DNA from: Candidatus Saccharibacteria bacterium UBA6572
Lineage (GTDB): Bacteria; Patescibacteriota; Saccharimonadia; Saccharimonadales; Saccharimonadaceae
DNA length: 64,000 nucleotides
Direction of reading: 5' to 3'
NCBI GenBank assembly: GCA_002434045.1
Contig: DJJI01000003.1
Coordinates: 997 to 64,996, forward strand
This document shows positions 1 through 9,566 of this stretch, one piece after another (position 1 is the stretch's first letter; the number at the start of each line of letters is the position of its first letter). Below the pieces are notes generated by a model. The model worked only from the letters and a program-made list of their open reading frames with translations, did no database searches and was not told the origin of the DNA. The position numbers and the translations under genes were made by a program.

Positions 1-1
1 T

Positions 2-208
2 GTACCGCTCAGCTCGGCGATTCTTTCAAACTACGCCGCGACCGTGCCAGGATTTGGTCAGTATCTCAGTGAAAAGATCGGCCTGAAGGCAGAACTAGGC
101 AACCCATGGCAGCAGATACGCGTTGGCGGCGCTGACCAGACCAATCTCCAGCCATATTCAGCGCAATTCGCCGTAGCAATCGGACTCGCCCAGAGGGGTA
201 ATCAATGA
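2..208 (+). CDS. pilM: Type IV pilus assembly protein PilM, C-terminal fragment (5' end lies outside the window)
   Basis: The frame is open from the window edge to TGA at 206-208. The translated tail ...PYSAQFAVAIGLAQRGNQ* resembles the conserved PilM C-terminus. It has an ATGA stop/start overlap with the next gene and heads a pilN-pilO-pilB-pilT-pilC locus. Confidence 0.7.
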   Translation, partial: VPLSSAILSNYAATVPGFGQYLSEKIGLKAELGNPWQQIRVGGADQTNLQPYSAQFAVAIGLAQRGNQ

Positions 209-918
209 TTACGCTCAACCTTCTTCCAGACGTAAAGCGTGAATATCTGCGGACTCGACGCTTGCAGGCAAAAGTTATGGCGATTGCGACGCTGGTTTCA
301 CTCGGTGCTATCGGTCTCGTCGTGTTGCTTGCGGTTTGGGTCTACGGTGGACAGACGGTCTACAAGAGTTTTTTGACTGGTGAGATAGAAAAGCACGGCA
401 AAGAACTCAAAGAGATCAAGGAGATTGATAAATACCTGACACTGCAAAACCAGCTGAACTACCTCACGGAGCTACATGACGGCAAGATGGACTTCTCTCG
501 GCTTATGACGTTCTTGCCGGCAATGAATCCAGCGGCACCAAATAACGTGAGACTTACAAAAGTAGAGGCAACCGCCGATGAAGCGCTGGACCAGAACACA
601 ATGATTCTCGAAGGGGAGGTAGTGAACTATACAGCCCTCAATACCTTCCGTGACACCCTGAAAAACGCAGAGTTTACCTATGAGGGGCAAAACGATCCGA
701 TCAAGCTATTTGACTCCATAGAGGTCGCAACAAGCTCGCTCGAACGCAGTCAGCTTGGTGGCACGATGGTCGTTTTCAAGATAGAAACTACCTATAATCC
801 TGAAGCTTTCCTATTCAGCACCGAGGAGCCAGTCGTTACGGTTCCAAAGATGAGCACAACACAGTCATTGCAAAACGCACCAAATGTCTTTGGTGGTAGT
901 ACAAGGGAGGAGGAGTGA
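205..918 (+). CDS. pilN: Type IV pilus assembly protein PilN
   Basis: The N-terminus MITLNLLPDVKREY followed by one TM helix (AIATLVSLGAIGLVVLLAVWV) is the PilN/fimbrial assembly signature. The gene is translationally coupled on both sides. Confidence 0.8.
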   Translation: MITLNLLPDVKREYLRTRRLQAKVMAIATLVSLGAIGLVVLLAVWVYGGQTVYKSFLTGEIEKHGKELKEIKEIDKYLTLQNQLNYLTELHDGKMDFSRLMTFLPAMNPAAPNNVRLTKVEATADEALDQNTMILEGEVVNYTALNTFRDTLKNAEFTYEGQNDPIKLFDSIEVATSSLERSQLGGTMVVFKIETTYNPEAFLFSTEEPVVTVPKMSTTQSLQNAPNVFGGSTREEE

Positions 919-1646
919 TGGACAAAGAAAAACAACCAGCACCAGCACCTCAGCAACCAACTCCAACTCCGTTGACGGGTCTGCGAAAGCGTCAGCAGAT
1001 CGAGATGACGAACAGGCGCATATTTATATGGGTTGCCGTCGCTTCCGTCGTCGTGTCCTTCAGTCTGATAGCTTTACAGTTCCTCGTCAAAGAATTTCTC
1101 TTCAATCAAAAGATTATTTCCGCGAAGAACCAGACAAACAACACGCTCATCAAGAACATTGATACTGCAGAGGAGCTGAAGGCGAATGTCAATAAACTGC
1201 TGGCAGATGAAAATCTAGGTTCGGTCCAAGGGCTCGATCAGAACGCAGAGACTTCCAACCTGAGTCTCATCCTGGATGCACTGCCAGTCGATGGTGATGC
1301 GACTGGATTTGCGAACTCGCTCCAAGCAGTTGTTCTGCAAAGGTCTGGCGTTGGCATCGACGAACTCTCAACGACCAATCAAGCCTATGACGCTTCGGGT
1401 ATGACGACGGACCAGACGAGCCTTGCCTCATCTCCGCAACCACTACCGTTCAGTGTCAAGTTCGGGGGTAATTTCCAGCAGACGAGTCAGACCCTCAGTG
1501 ATCTCGCGAAAGTCATTCGACCGATTTCGGTCAATAAGCTAGAGATCAGTGCTTCTGATAGCACGCTGACCCTGACACTCAACGGTGTGACATATTTCGT
1601 GCCTGCTAAAACGGTCAGTATTACCAAGGAGCAATTGAAGCCATGA
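918..1646 (+). CDS. PilO-like pilus alignment protein (bitopic membrane protein)
   Basis: It has a single N-terminal TM (IFIWVAVASVVVSFSLIALQFLV) followed by an extracytoplasmic domain, and it follows pilN. ATG 918 lies 7 nt after GGAGG; the ORF track starts at GTG 915. I recognise no diagnostic motif, so the call rests on position. Confidence 0.5.
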   Translation: MDKEKQPAPAPQQPTPTPLTGLRKRQQIEMTNRRIFIWVAVASVVVSFSLIALQFLVKEFLFNQKIISAKNQTNNTLIKNIDTAEELKANVNKLLADENLGSVQGLDQNAETSNLSLILDALPVDGDATGFANSLQAVVLQRSGVGIDELSTTNQAYDASGMTTDQTSLASSPQPLPFSVKFGGNFQQTSQTLSDLAKVIRPISVNKLEISASDSTLTLTLNGVTYFVPAKTVSITKEQLKP

Positions 1647-1885
1647 AGAAAAGCGATATCGCACTACTGATTCTTATCGTTTCCGTCAGCCTCGGAGTGG
1701 CATACTTTGTCGGTCAATCATTGCTCGGTTCAAGAACCCAACAGCCGGTGCCGGTGGAGAAAACCGAAGCCATCACTTCTGATGTAAAAGAACCTGACGC
1801 AAGAGTGTTTAACACGGATGCAATCAACCCCTCAGTACCTATCAACATAGGTAACTCAACAAACCAAGAACCATTCGGTAACTAG
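1643..1885 (+). CDS. Small membrane-anchored protein of the pilMNO module (PilP-position protein)
   Basis: 80 aa with an N-terminal TM (IALLILIVSVSLGVAYFV) and an ATGA overlap with the upstream gene. Function is inferred only from position. Confidence 0.4.
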   Translation: MKKSDIALLILIVSVSLGVAYFVGQSLLGSRTQQPVPVEKTEAITSDVKEPDARVFNTDAINPSVPINIGNSTNQEPFGN

Positions 1886-1897
1886 GAGGAGCCAAAG

Positions 1898-3685
1898 GTG
1901 GCACTCCTCACAGACGAGAATCAGCAAAAGGTCGTCGACCTGCTCATCGGCGAGAATACGCTCACCGCTGATCAGGTCGAGGGCTATCGTATTAATGCCA
2001 AGAGCAAAGGCACGCCGCTCCTGACGGAGCTAATTCAATCTGGTGCGGTGACTGAAGAGGACATCACACGTGGTCTTGCCTCAGTTAGCAACATTCCATA
2101 CGTCAACCTGAATAACGTCACTATCACCCAGGACGTGCTCGCGTTGCTGCCAAAAGATGTCGCAGAGTGGTATATGGCTGTACCTATCGGCATGCTCAAA
2201 GAAGGTAACGGCAAGTCCCGGCTTGCCGTCGCGATGCTCGATGCGAATAACGTGCAGGCCGTCGACTTTCTTGCGAACAAAATCCAACAACCGCTCAAAG
2301 TCTACATGGCCTCAGAAAAAGGCGTTCAGCACGTTCTCGATCAGTACCATGCCGATCTTGCGCAAGGCGTGAGTGCGGCAATCACCTCTGCGCAGCAAGA
2401 GGAGCAGGCAAAAGCAGAAGTTGCGGCTGCGGCTCCCGAAATCAAACAAGACTCACCGATTTCACGGGCACTCAGTACGATTCTTGAGTACGCTGTTCGC
2501 TCCCGCGCGTCCGATATACACATCGAACCTACCGAGACAGATCTGTTGATTCGCTGTCGAATTGACGGTGTGCTGCGGGAAATCATGAAGCTTCCGAAGC
2601 AGATTGAACCGGCACTGATCTCACGTATCAAGATTCTCAGTAACCTCAAGATTGATGAACACCGCGTGCCACAAGACGGTCAGTTCACGGTGAGCGCAGC
2701 TGGTAAGGAGGTTGACCTACGTATCGCGATCAGCCCCGTCGTTTGGGGTGAACAGGTTGTCATACGTCTGCTCGATAAGTCAGGGACAAGCTTCAAGCTC
2801 GAGGAGATGGGTTACGCGGGACGCGCCCTACGAACGATTCGAAAAGGCATCAAAAAGCCGAATGGCATGATTCTTACTTCTGGCCCGACCGGTTCTGGTA
2901 AGTCAACCAGTCTCTATGCTCTGGTCCAAGAGATCAAGAACGAGAGCATCAACATCGTGACGCTTGAAGACCCGGTTGAGTACAAGATGAACGGGGTGAA
3001 TCAGATTCAGGTGAATGCCGAGGTCGGTTTGACGTTCGCATCAGGCCTGAGGTCTATCCTTCGACAAGACCCAAACGTCGTTCTGGTTGGTGAGATTCGC
3101 GACAAAGAGACGGCGAACTTGGCGGTCCAGGCGGCTCTCACAGGGCACTTGGTCTTCAGTACGCTTCACACGAACTCGGCGGCAGGTGTCTTGCCGCGCC
3201 TCCTCGATATGGGTATCGAGCCTTTCCTGTTAGCTAGCACCGTTAACACGGTTATCGGTCAGCGTCTTGTTCGACGCTTGGCAGATACGAAAGAATCAGT
3301 CAATTCAACCGAGCTTGAAACCAAGAGTATCCAAGAGACAATAGGCTCATTATTACCAGGTACGAAAGAGGATGTTGCCAAGGTTTCCGAGGACCTCGGA
3401 TACAAAGACCTTCCGCTTAGAACACAAAGCGCTTATACTTTAGCCAGAGGCAAGGATAGCCAACAAACACCAGGAGGCTTTAAAGGTAGGGCAGGGGTGT
3501 ACGAGGTTATGGATGTCAGTGAAGCGATCCAAGGACTTATCGTGAAGAAGGCGACAAGCGCCGACATTCAGCGACAAGCGATTGCCGAGGGAATGCTGAC
3601 GATGCGTCAAGATGGATATCTCAAGGCGCTGCAGGGCATAACAACCTTAGACGAAGTAAACCGCGTGGCGGCTAACATGGCATAA
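1898..3685 (+). CDS. pilB: Type IV pilus extension ATPase PilB (GspE family)
   Basis: Walker A GPTGSGKST, Walker B NVVLVGEIRD and His box LTGHLVFSTLHTN are present, with a long N-terminal GspE-N type region. The GTG start lies 7 nt after AGGAGG. Confidence 0.95.
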   Translation: MALLTDENQQKVVDLLIGENTLTADQVEGYRINAKSKGTPLLTELIQSGAVTEEDITRGLASVSNIPYVNLNNVTITQDVLALLPKDVAEWYMAVPIGMLKEGNGKSRLAVAMLDANNVQAVDFLANKIQQPLKVYMASEKGVQHVLDQYHADLAQGVSAAITSAQQEEQAKAEVAAAAPEIKQDSPISRALSTILEYAVRSRASDIHIEPTETDLLIRCRIDGVLREIMKLPKQIEPALISRIKILSNLKIDEHRVPQDGQFTVSAAGKEVDLRIAISPVVWGEQVVIRLLDKSGTSFKLEEMGYAGRALRTIRKGIKKPNGMILTSGPTGSGKSTSLYALVQEIKNESINIVTLEDPVEYKMNGVNQIQVNAEVGLTFASGLRSILRQDPNVVLVGEIRDKETANLAVQAALTGHLVFSTLHTNSAAGVLPRLLDMGIEPFLLASTVNTVIGQRLVRRLADTKESVNSTELETKSIQETIGSLLPGTKEDVAKVSEDLGYKDLPLRTQSAYTLARGKDSQQTPGGFKGRAGVYEVMDVSEAIQGLIVKKATSADIQRQAIAEGMLTMRQDGYLKALQGITTLDEVNRVAANMA

Positions 3686-3704
3686 CAGAGTGGGGAACGA
3701 AGCG

Positions 3705-4775
3705 ATGCAACCAACAGATTTACGAATAGAGACACTGCTAGAGGACGTTATACGAAAACGTGCGTCAGACCTGCACCTGCAGGTTGGGCTACCGCCGATG
3801 CTCAGGATCGATGGGTCTCTGGTACCAGTTCCAGGATTAGAGCCGCTCGATATCGAAACGGTTGAAAAACTGGTTTTCGCCATTCTCGACCAGGATCAAC
3901 AGCAGATTCTGATGAAGGATAAGGAGTTCGATTTCAGCTTTGCTTTCGGTGACCTCGGTCGTTTCCGTGTTAACGCGTTCCACGAGCGAGGCAATCTCGC
4001 CGCTGCGCTACGTCTCATTCCGAATGAGATCAAGACGATCGCTGAGCTTGGTATGCCAAACGTGGTCAATACGTTCTCTAGCTATCCACGTGGTCTCGTC
4101 TTGGTGACCGGACCGACAGGTTCCGGTAAATCGACGACACTGGCAGCACTCATTGATCAAATCAACACCGACAAAGCGCACCACATCATCACCATCGAGG
4201 ATCCAATCGAGTTTACGCACAAGTCCAAAAAGTCGGTCGTAGTGCAGCGAGAAGTCCACTACGATACGTATTCATTCAGCGCCGCACTTCGCTCAAGCCT
4301 GCGTCAGGACCCTGATGTCGTTCTGATTGGTGAGATGCGTGACCTCGAGACCATCTCGGCGGCCATTACGATCGCTGAGACCGGGCACCTCGTCTTTGCG
4401 ACGCTTCACACCAACTCAGCCGCGCAGTCGATCGATCGTATGATCGATGTCTTCCCACCGCACCAACAGCCGCAAATCCGTGCCCAGCTGGCAAATATCC
4501 TGATGGGTATCTGTTCACAACGCCTCGTACCGGCGATCGGTGGTGGTAGGATCGTTGCGGCCGAGATCCTGACCGCTACGCCTGCGGTACGTAACATTAT
4601 CCGTGAAGGCAAGACGCACCAGCTTGATGCGGTTATCCAGACCGGTGGTGACCAGGGTATGCAGACCATGGACAAGACACTCGTCGGACTCGTCCAGGCC
4701 GGAACTGTTACCTACGAAGAAGCGCGAAACTTTGCCGTAGATATCACTGAATTCGATAGGATGATGCGAGGCTAA
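3705..4775 (+). CDS. pilT: Twitching-motility retraction ATPase PilT
   Basis: ASDLHL, GPTGSGKSTT, DVVLIGEMRD and ETGHLVFATLHTN motifs are present, and the size (about 356 aa) fits PilT. The ORF track start is GTG 3690; ATG 3705 is an equally plausible start. Confidence 0.93.
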   Translation: MQPTDLRIETLLEDVIRKRASDLHLQVGLPPMLRIDGSLVPVPGLEPLDIETVEKLVFAILDQDQQQILMKDKEFDFSFAFGDLGRFRVNAFHERGNLAAALRLIPNEIKTIAELGMPNVVNTFSSYPRGLVLVTGPTGSGKSTTLAALIDQINTDKAHHIITIEDPIEFTHKSKKSVVVQREVHYDTYSFSAALRSSLRQDPDVVLIGEMRDLETISAAITIAETGHLVFATLHTNSAAQSIDRMIDVFPPHQQPQIRAQLANILMGICSQRLVPAIGGGRIVAAEILTATPAVRNIIREGKTHQLDAVIQTGGDQGMQTMDKTLVGLVQAGTVTYEEARNFAVDITEFDRMMRG

Positions 4776-4777
4776 CC

Positions 4778-5983
4778 ATGTTAACGTTTAGTTACACAGC
4801 TAGGGATAGGGCGAACAACAAGATTGTGAAATCCACCCTGCAGGCTGAATCGGAGGCGGAAGCAGCTAAACTGTTGATGGCTCGTGATCTCATCCCGCAC
4901 GAGATCAAGCCAGAGTCGGCAGGTGGCGGACTGAACTTCCTCAAAAACCATGTCGGTACCAAGGACAAGGTCGTCTTTACGAGGCAGCTTGCAACACTGA
5001 TCAATGCAGGCCTACCGCTTGCTAAGAGCTTGCACACAGTCCAGGAGCAGACCGAGAACAAACGCCTCAAGACGATTGCGCAAGAAGTGATAGCAAGCGT
5101 CGAAGGCGGTAGTTCGCTGGCAGACGCATTCGCGAAGCACAAAGAGTTCGATGAGCTTTTTATCGCCCTTGTGGCTGCAGGTGAGGTGTCTGGTACGCTC
5201 GACAAAGCTCTGGAGCGCATAGCTAACCAGCAGGAAAAGGACGCGGAGATCGCCGGCAAGATCAAGGGCGCTATGCTCTATCCGGCAATCGTGCTTGTCG
5301 TTATCATCGGTGTTATCATCTTTATGCTCACGACTGTCGTGCCGCAGATCGAAACTCTTTACGCGAGCCTTAAACAGTCACTACCGTTCTTGACCGCCAT
5401 GATGGTGGCGATGGCTGACCTCTTGACGAATTTCTGGTGGCTCATCCTCATCGTGCTCGGTATCGGTGTCTACTACCTCCGCCACTACGTTGAAACGACC
5501 TCTGGTAAGCGACAACTTGATCTTTTCAAGCTCAATGTGCCGCTTTTTGGCACTATGTTTCGAAAGCTCTACATGGCGCGATTCACGCGGACCGGCCAAA
5601 CGCTTCTTATGAGCGGTGTGCCGATGCTCGAGATGCTCCGTATCGCAGGTCGCTCCTCAGGCAACAGCCACGTCACAGACGCGATTCTTCGAAGCGCCGA
5701 TAAGGTCAAGACCGGTAAAGCACTTTCGGAGTCGATCAAGAACGAAGAGTATGTCCTCCCGCTTGTACCTCAGATGATTAGCATCGGTGAACAGTCGGGA
5801 ACGATCGACGACATGATGGGCAAGGCTGCGACATTCTATGAAAATGAGCTGGATGCTGCGATCCGTTCTATCTCAACGGCTATCGAACCGCTTCTCATGG
5901 TCGTGCTTGCGATAGTCGCCGGTGGTATGGTTGGTGCTATCTTGCTACCTATCTACCAGCTGGTCGGTAACACCTCTCTCTAG
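4778..5983 (+). CDS. pilC: Type IV pilus platform protein PilC (GspF family)
   Basis: 401 aa with a duplicated GspF-type domain and three TM segments, placed directly after pilB and pilT. Confidence 0.93.
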   Translation: MLTFSYTARDRANNKIVKSTLQAESEAEAAKLLMARDLIPHEIKPESAGGGLNFLKNHVGTKDKVVFTRQLATLINAGLPLAKSLHTVQEQTENKRLKTIAQEVIASVEGGSSLADAFAKHKEFDELFIALVAAGEVSGTLDKALERIANQQEKDAEIAGKIKGAMLYPAIVLVVIIGVIIFMLTTVVPQIETLYASLKQSLPFLTAMMVAMADLLTNFWWLILIVLGIGVYYLRHYVETTSGKRQLDLFKLNVPLFGTMFRKLYMARFTRTGQTLLMSGVPMLEMLRIAGRSSGNSHVTDAILRSADKVKTGKALSESIKNEEYVLPLVPQMISIGEQSGTIDDMMGKAATFYENELDAAIRSISTAIEPLLMVVLAIVAGGMVGAILLPIYQLVGNTSL

Positions 5984-5994
5984 AAAAAAAGGGC

Positions 5995-6023
5995 TTGTCA
6001 GCCGTCCAAAGAAGATGTTAAAT
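5995..6023 (+). promoter_or_regulatory. Candidate sigma-70 promoter for the major pilin gene
   Basis: TTGTCA (5995-6000), a 17-nt spacer, then TTAAAT (6018-6023), located about 70 nt upstream of the pilin start codon. Confidence 0.35.
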
Positions 6024-6091
6024 TAACCATGAGTGTGATATAGTCACATCATATTAAGCAATCGTGCTAACAAATTAGGGGGTATATAACA

Positions 6092-6559
6092 GTGACTAAC
6101 AAACAAAAAGAAGGGTTCACAATCATCGAAGTTGTGCTGGTGCTTGCTATTGCCGGTCTGATCTTCTTGGTTGTTTTCCTGGCGCTTCCTGCGCTTCAGC
6201 GTAGCCAGCGTGACACACAACGTCGCAGCGATGTCGGTCGTCTTGCTACCTCGATCAGCAACTACCAGTCTAATAACCGTGGTGCAGTCCCAACAACGGC
6301 CGCGAACCTCACGACATTGTTGAATGACTATGTGAGGACTGCAGCTGCTGACCCATTCGCAGATCCAAATGGTACTGACTACACTTTGACACTTTCAACC
6401 GTTGGTGCTACCGGTGCTGGAACGGTCCCAGCGAACACCATGTACTACTACACCAACGCAACCTGTAACGGTGAAGCAGCCGTGGCATCAACCGGTGCGC
6501 GAAAAGTCGCCGTCAGGGTTGACCTAGAAGGTGGTGGTAGTTTCTGCCAGAACAACTAG
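6092..6559 (+). CDS. pilA: Major type IV pilin
   Basis: Class III signal peptide VTNKQKEG|FTIIEVVLVLAIAGLIF with G-1, F+1 and E+5. A C-terminal Cys pair is present (CNGEA...FCQNN). GGGGG precedes the GTG start, and a strong terminator follows the gene. Confidence 0.85.
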   Translation: MTNKQKEGFTIIEVVLVLAIAGLIFLVVFLALPALQRSQRDTQRRSDVGRLATSISNYQSNNRGAVPTTAANLTTLLNDYVRTAAADPFADPNGTDYTLTLSTVGATGAGTVPANTMYYYTNATCNGEAAVASTGARKVAVRVDLEGGGSFCQNN

Positions 6560-6586
6560 TTAGATAGCTGGTTAGGGCAATCTCAT

Positions 6587-6615
6587 AAATAACGCGCCGT
6601 TTCGGCGCGTTATTT
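6587..6615 (+). terminator. Rho-independent terminator after the pilin gene
   Basis: Perfect 12-bp stem aaataacgcgcc / ggcgcgttattt with a 5-nt loop and a T-rich tail. Confidence 0.85.
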
Positions 6616-6621
6616 GCTATC

Positions 6622-7449
6622 ATGGTGCTAATGTTCATCTACGAGGTATTCATCTGCGTGTTCTTGGCCATTCTGGGCGCAGCTATGGGTAGTTTCGCTG
6701 GCGCAGTCGTATGGCGGCTCAAACATAAGCGTGACATCGTTCGCGAGCGCTCAGAGTGTGAATATTGCCATCACAAGCTCGGTGTCCTCGATCTTATCCC
6801 AATCGTGAGTTGGGTTACTCTGGCTGGAAAATGTCGATATTGTCACAAACCGATAGGCAGGAGCGCGCTACTGCTTGAAGTGGCACTGGCAGTTTATTTC
6901 GTCATCTCATATCTTGCGTGGCCGTACGGACTCACGACGGGTCTTGAGTGGTTGGCGCTCGTGTTATGGCTCGTAATGGGAGTAGGACTCGCGATACTTT
7001 TCGTCTACGACCTGAGATGGTATTTGTTGCCGGACAAGGTCGTTTTCCCGTTGATCGCCGTATCGGGTGTGCTGTTTGTGCTACGGGCAGTCGCAGAAGG
7101 ATGGACGCCGGGCATTTTCATCGTTGAGCTTGCACTCGCGCTGCTTGCTGTCGCCGGCTTTTACGGCTTTATTTATACAGTTTCGAAGGGTGAATGGGTT
7201 GGATTTGGCGACGTCAAACTCGGCGTGGTCATCGGCTTGGCTCTTGGGTGGCAACTCGCGCTCCTGGCCGTTCTGATTGCGAACCTCGTCGGCGTCCTGG
7301 TCATCTTGCCCGGTCTGGCCTCTGGGAAGCTGCAACGTAGCTCACGGGTTCCATTCGGTCCGTTTCTTATCACTGGTCTTGTGCTATCAGGCCTTTTTGG
7401 TCAGCAGATACTGCTTTGGTACGCAAGCCTCATTACCCCTGGTTTCTAG
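6622..7449 (+). CDS. pilD: Prepilin peptidase / N-methyltransferase PilD (peptidase A24)
   Basis: Polytopic membrane protein with the N-terminal zinc motif CEYCHHK...CRYCHKP, and the catalytic Asp motifs in the contexts FGDVKLG and VPFGPFL. Confidence 0.9.
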   Translation: MVLMFIYEVFICVFLAILGAAMGSFAGAVVWRLKHKRDIVRERSECEYCHHKLGVLDLIPIVSWVTLAGKCRYCHKPIGRSALLLEVALAVYFVISYLAWPYGLTTGLEWLALVLWLVMGVGLAILFVYDLRWYLLPDKVVFPLIAVSGVLFVLRAVAEGWTPGIFIVELALALLAVAGFYGFIYTVSKGEWVGFGDVKLGVVIGLALGWQLALLAVLIANLVGVLVILPGLASGKLQRSSRVPFGPFLITGLVLSGLFGQQILLWYASLITPGF

Positions 7450-7478
7450 TTAAAACGGTTGTGCTATAATCAACTCAA

Positions 7479-8342
7479 ATGGTGCGACAGAGTGGGTTTA
7501 CGATCATCGAGGTGCTTTTATTCCTAGCGGTGAGTGGGCTACTCTTTATGATTGCAGCCAGTTCTCTGAACGCGACAATTCGTAACACTCGGCTTACTGA
7601 TGCGACTAATGGACTTGAGAACTTCGTCAGCCAACAGTATAGTGACGTCCGTTCTGGGGTATCGTTTCGCTCCGATGCTGCACAGACCTGTGGCGTTGGT
7701 GGTGCGGGCGCAGCAGAGCTGCCCGGTGCGTCAGATGACTGCATCGTCGTAGGCAGGCTCTTGGATTTCGTGGCGACCGGCGGGTCGGCAGATCCAAATG
7801 CTATCAATGTCTATTCAATCGTCGCAAACCGGTGCCCGCAGAACACCGTACAGCCAACCGAGAACGGTTGTCCGAATGCACCCGGTGTCTGCGCTAATAC
7901 CGACAGCAGCGACGCAGGCAAGATTGCCACGTATTGCCCAAGGGTTTTATGGGCCAACCAGCTGGATTCATACAATTTCCAGTGGGGCGTCTCGCTACCG
8001 CCAAACGTTGCCGGCGGAACGTTCCAAAATCCTCGAGTCGCACAGGTTGATAGTTCGCAACCTAGGATAAATCGCCTGGCTATCATCCATTCGCCAACAT
8101 CAGAGCGTATCTATACGTACGCATTCAATGATCCTGCCACTCCTACCAATACACAGGTAATCGATCGTACCAAGCTCGTGAGAAACACTGCTGATCGTAA
8201 CGTCATGATGTGTATCAGTGGCATGGAGTTCGGTGCTACGCTATCGCACTTCGTTTCGATTGAGGCTGGGCAGAGTTCGGATCTCGTGACGAGCGGCGCG
8301 GTCCGTCCTGTGGCTCAGATGCCTGGGGGGATGGCATGCTGA
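7479..8342 (+). CDS. Minor pilin (prepilin-type N-terminal cleavage/methylation domain)
   Basis: N-terminus MVRQSG|FTIIEVLLFLAVSGLLF with G-1 and E+5. 287 aa, within the pilus locus. Confidence 0.75.
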   Translation: MVRQSGFTIIEVLLFLAVSGLLFMIAASSLNATIRNTRLTDATNGLENFVSQQYSDVRSGVSFRSDAAQTCGVGGAGAAELPGASDDCIVVGRLLDFVATGGSADPNAINVYSIVANRCPQNTVQPTENGCPNAPGVCANTDSSDAGKIATYCPRVLWANQLDSYNFQWGVSLPPNVAGGTFQNPRVAQVDSSQPRINRLAIIHSPTSERIYTYAFNDPATPTNTQVIDRTKLVRNTADRNVMMCISGMEFGATLSHFVSIEAGQSSDLVTSGAVRPVAQMPGGMAC

Positions 8343-8926
8343 GAAAGAAGAGTGAACGAGGAGATACCCTTGTCGAGGTACTGCTTGCAACGGCAATACT
8401 GGCTTTTTTGGTGGCAGCCTGCGCGGTGATTATGAATAGTGGCCTGGCAAGTGTGCAGACCGCTCTCGAACGTACTCAAGTACAAGCTGCTATGCAAGGA
8501 CAGGCGTCGATTCTCAGGGCGCTTCGCGATGCTGCGCTAAAAGAGTTTTCCGAAGAAGCGAAGGTACAATGGAGCACTGTTATGAGTTACGCTACATCGA
8601 AAAACTCGACAGCCGAGACGGCCGTGTGTACTGTCGGAGGATACAGCGGTACGAGATTTCATTTCAGCGACAGCAGTACGACAGAGACGAGCTCTTGGCT
8701 GCGTCCACAGGCGCTCAGCGCCATCACCAACCCCGACCAAGCCGTGCCAAGCGGTAGTGAGATTTTGCCGACACCTGGTGACGGGCTGTGGATAGAGGCG
8801 TATCGTGGCATGGAAGGTGGCACGGTCCCGTACTATGACTTCTATATCAAGTCATGCTGGGAAAATATCGGTTCCGGTCCGAAACAGGAACTCAAAACGG
8901 TCGTGAGGTTATATGGCGATCTCTAG
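8336..8926 (+). CDS. Minor pilin (prepilin-type N-terminus)
   Basis: N-terminus MLRKKSERG|DTLVEVLLATAILAFLV with E+5. It overlaps both neighbouring genes, suggesting translational coupling. Confidence 0.7.
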   Translation: MLRKKSERGDTLVEVLLATAILAFLVAACAVIMNSGLASVQTALERTQVQAAMQGQASILRALRDAALKEFSEEAKVQWSTVMSYATSKNSTAETAVCTVGGYSGTRFHFSDSSTTETSSWLRPQALSAITNPDQAVPSGSEILPTPGDGLWIEAYRGMEGGTVPYYDFYIKSCWENIGSGPKQELKTVVRLYGDL

Positions 8927-9566
8927 TCGTACACGAAACCAGGGCTTCACACTCATCGAATTGATGCTTGCGATGGTATTTTTGAGCGCGATCATCTTGT
9001 TTGGTGTGCTTACGTTTGTCCAGGCGCTTGCCGTCTACAACAAGGGTATTTCAATCTCACAAATCAACGAAACTGGCCGAGCATTGACGAATGACCTCAA
9101 CCGATCGTCAAATAACGCCACATCCTTTATGGTCTCTGATCAAATCATGTGCATCGGCAAGACTGCCTACATGTGGAACACGGTTGCAACGCCAACTGGC
9201 CAGCAGTATCGCGTGAGTGGCCAACCGATAGGTATTGTGCGAACGGTCGACAGTATAGACGCGCGTAACACCTACTGCAACAGCGCTAGTCGGACGATTC
9301 AGCCAAACGACGTTACTAGTCTCATCGGCACGCAGGTTCGTGTCCTTGACGTTACGGTTGGGCAGCCAGATTCCGCAGCTGCCGAGGGGAGCTCTCTTGA
9401 GGCGCCGCTCCTGAAATTCGTTCTCACTATCGGTACGAGGAGTGAGGATGGGGCGGTTGACCCAGTCCAAAGTGGTACCTACTGGACGTGTCCTACCGGT
9501 ACATTCGGTACGTTTTGCGCGGTCGGCACCTACTCAACTACCATTTACGTGCAGAGTGGGTCATAA
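8913..9566 (+). CDS. Minor pilin (prepilin-type N-terminus)
   Basis: N-terminus ...RTRNQG|FTLIELMLAMVFLSAIILF. Confidence 0.75.
   Translation: MAISSRTRNQGFTLIELMLAMVFLSAIILFGVLTFVQALAVYNKGISISQINETGRALTNDLNRSSNNATSFMVSDQIMCIGKTAYMWNTVATPTGQQYRVSGQPIGIVRTVDSIDARNTYCNSASRTIQPNDVTSLIGTQVRVLDVTVGQPDSAAAEGSSLEAPLLKFVLTIGTRSEDGAVDPVQSGTYWTCPTGTFGTFCAVGTYSTTIYVQSGS

Noticed and set aside
9488-9565. Upstream extension of the PilX-like gene, and similar ORF-track extensions at 12843, 13922, 22041, 23842, 32866, 54492, 12171 and 32330
   Set aside because: The extensions overlap upstream genes, terminators or RNA genes. Internal starts with SD sequences or conserved N-termini fit better.
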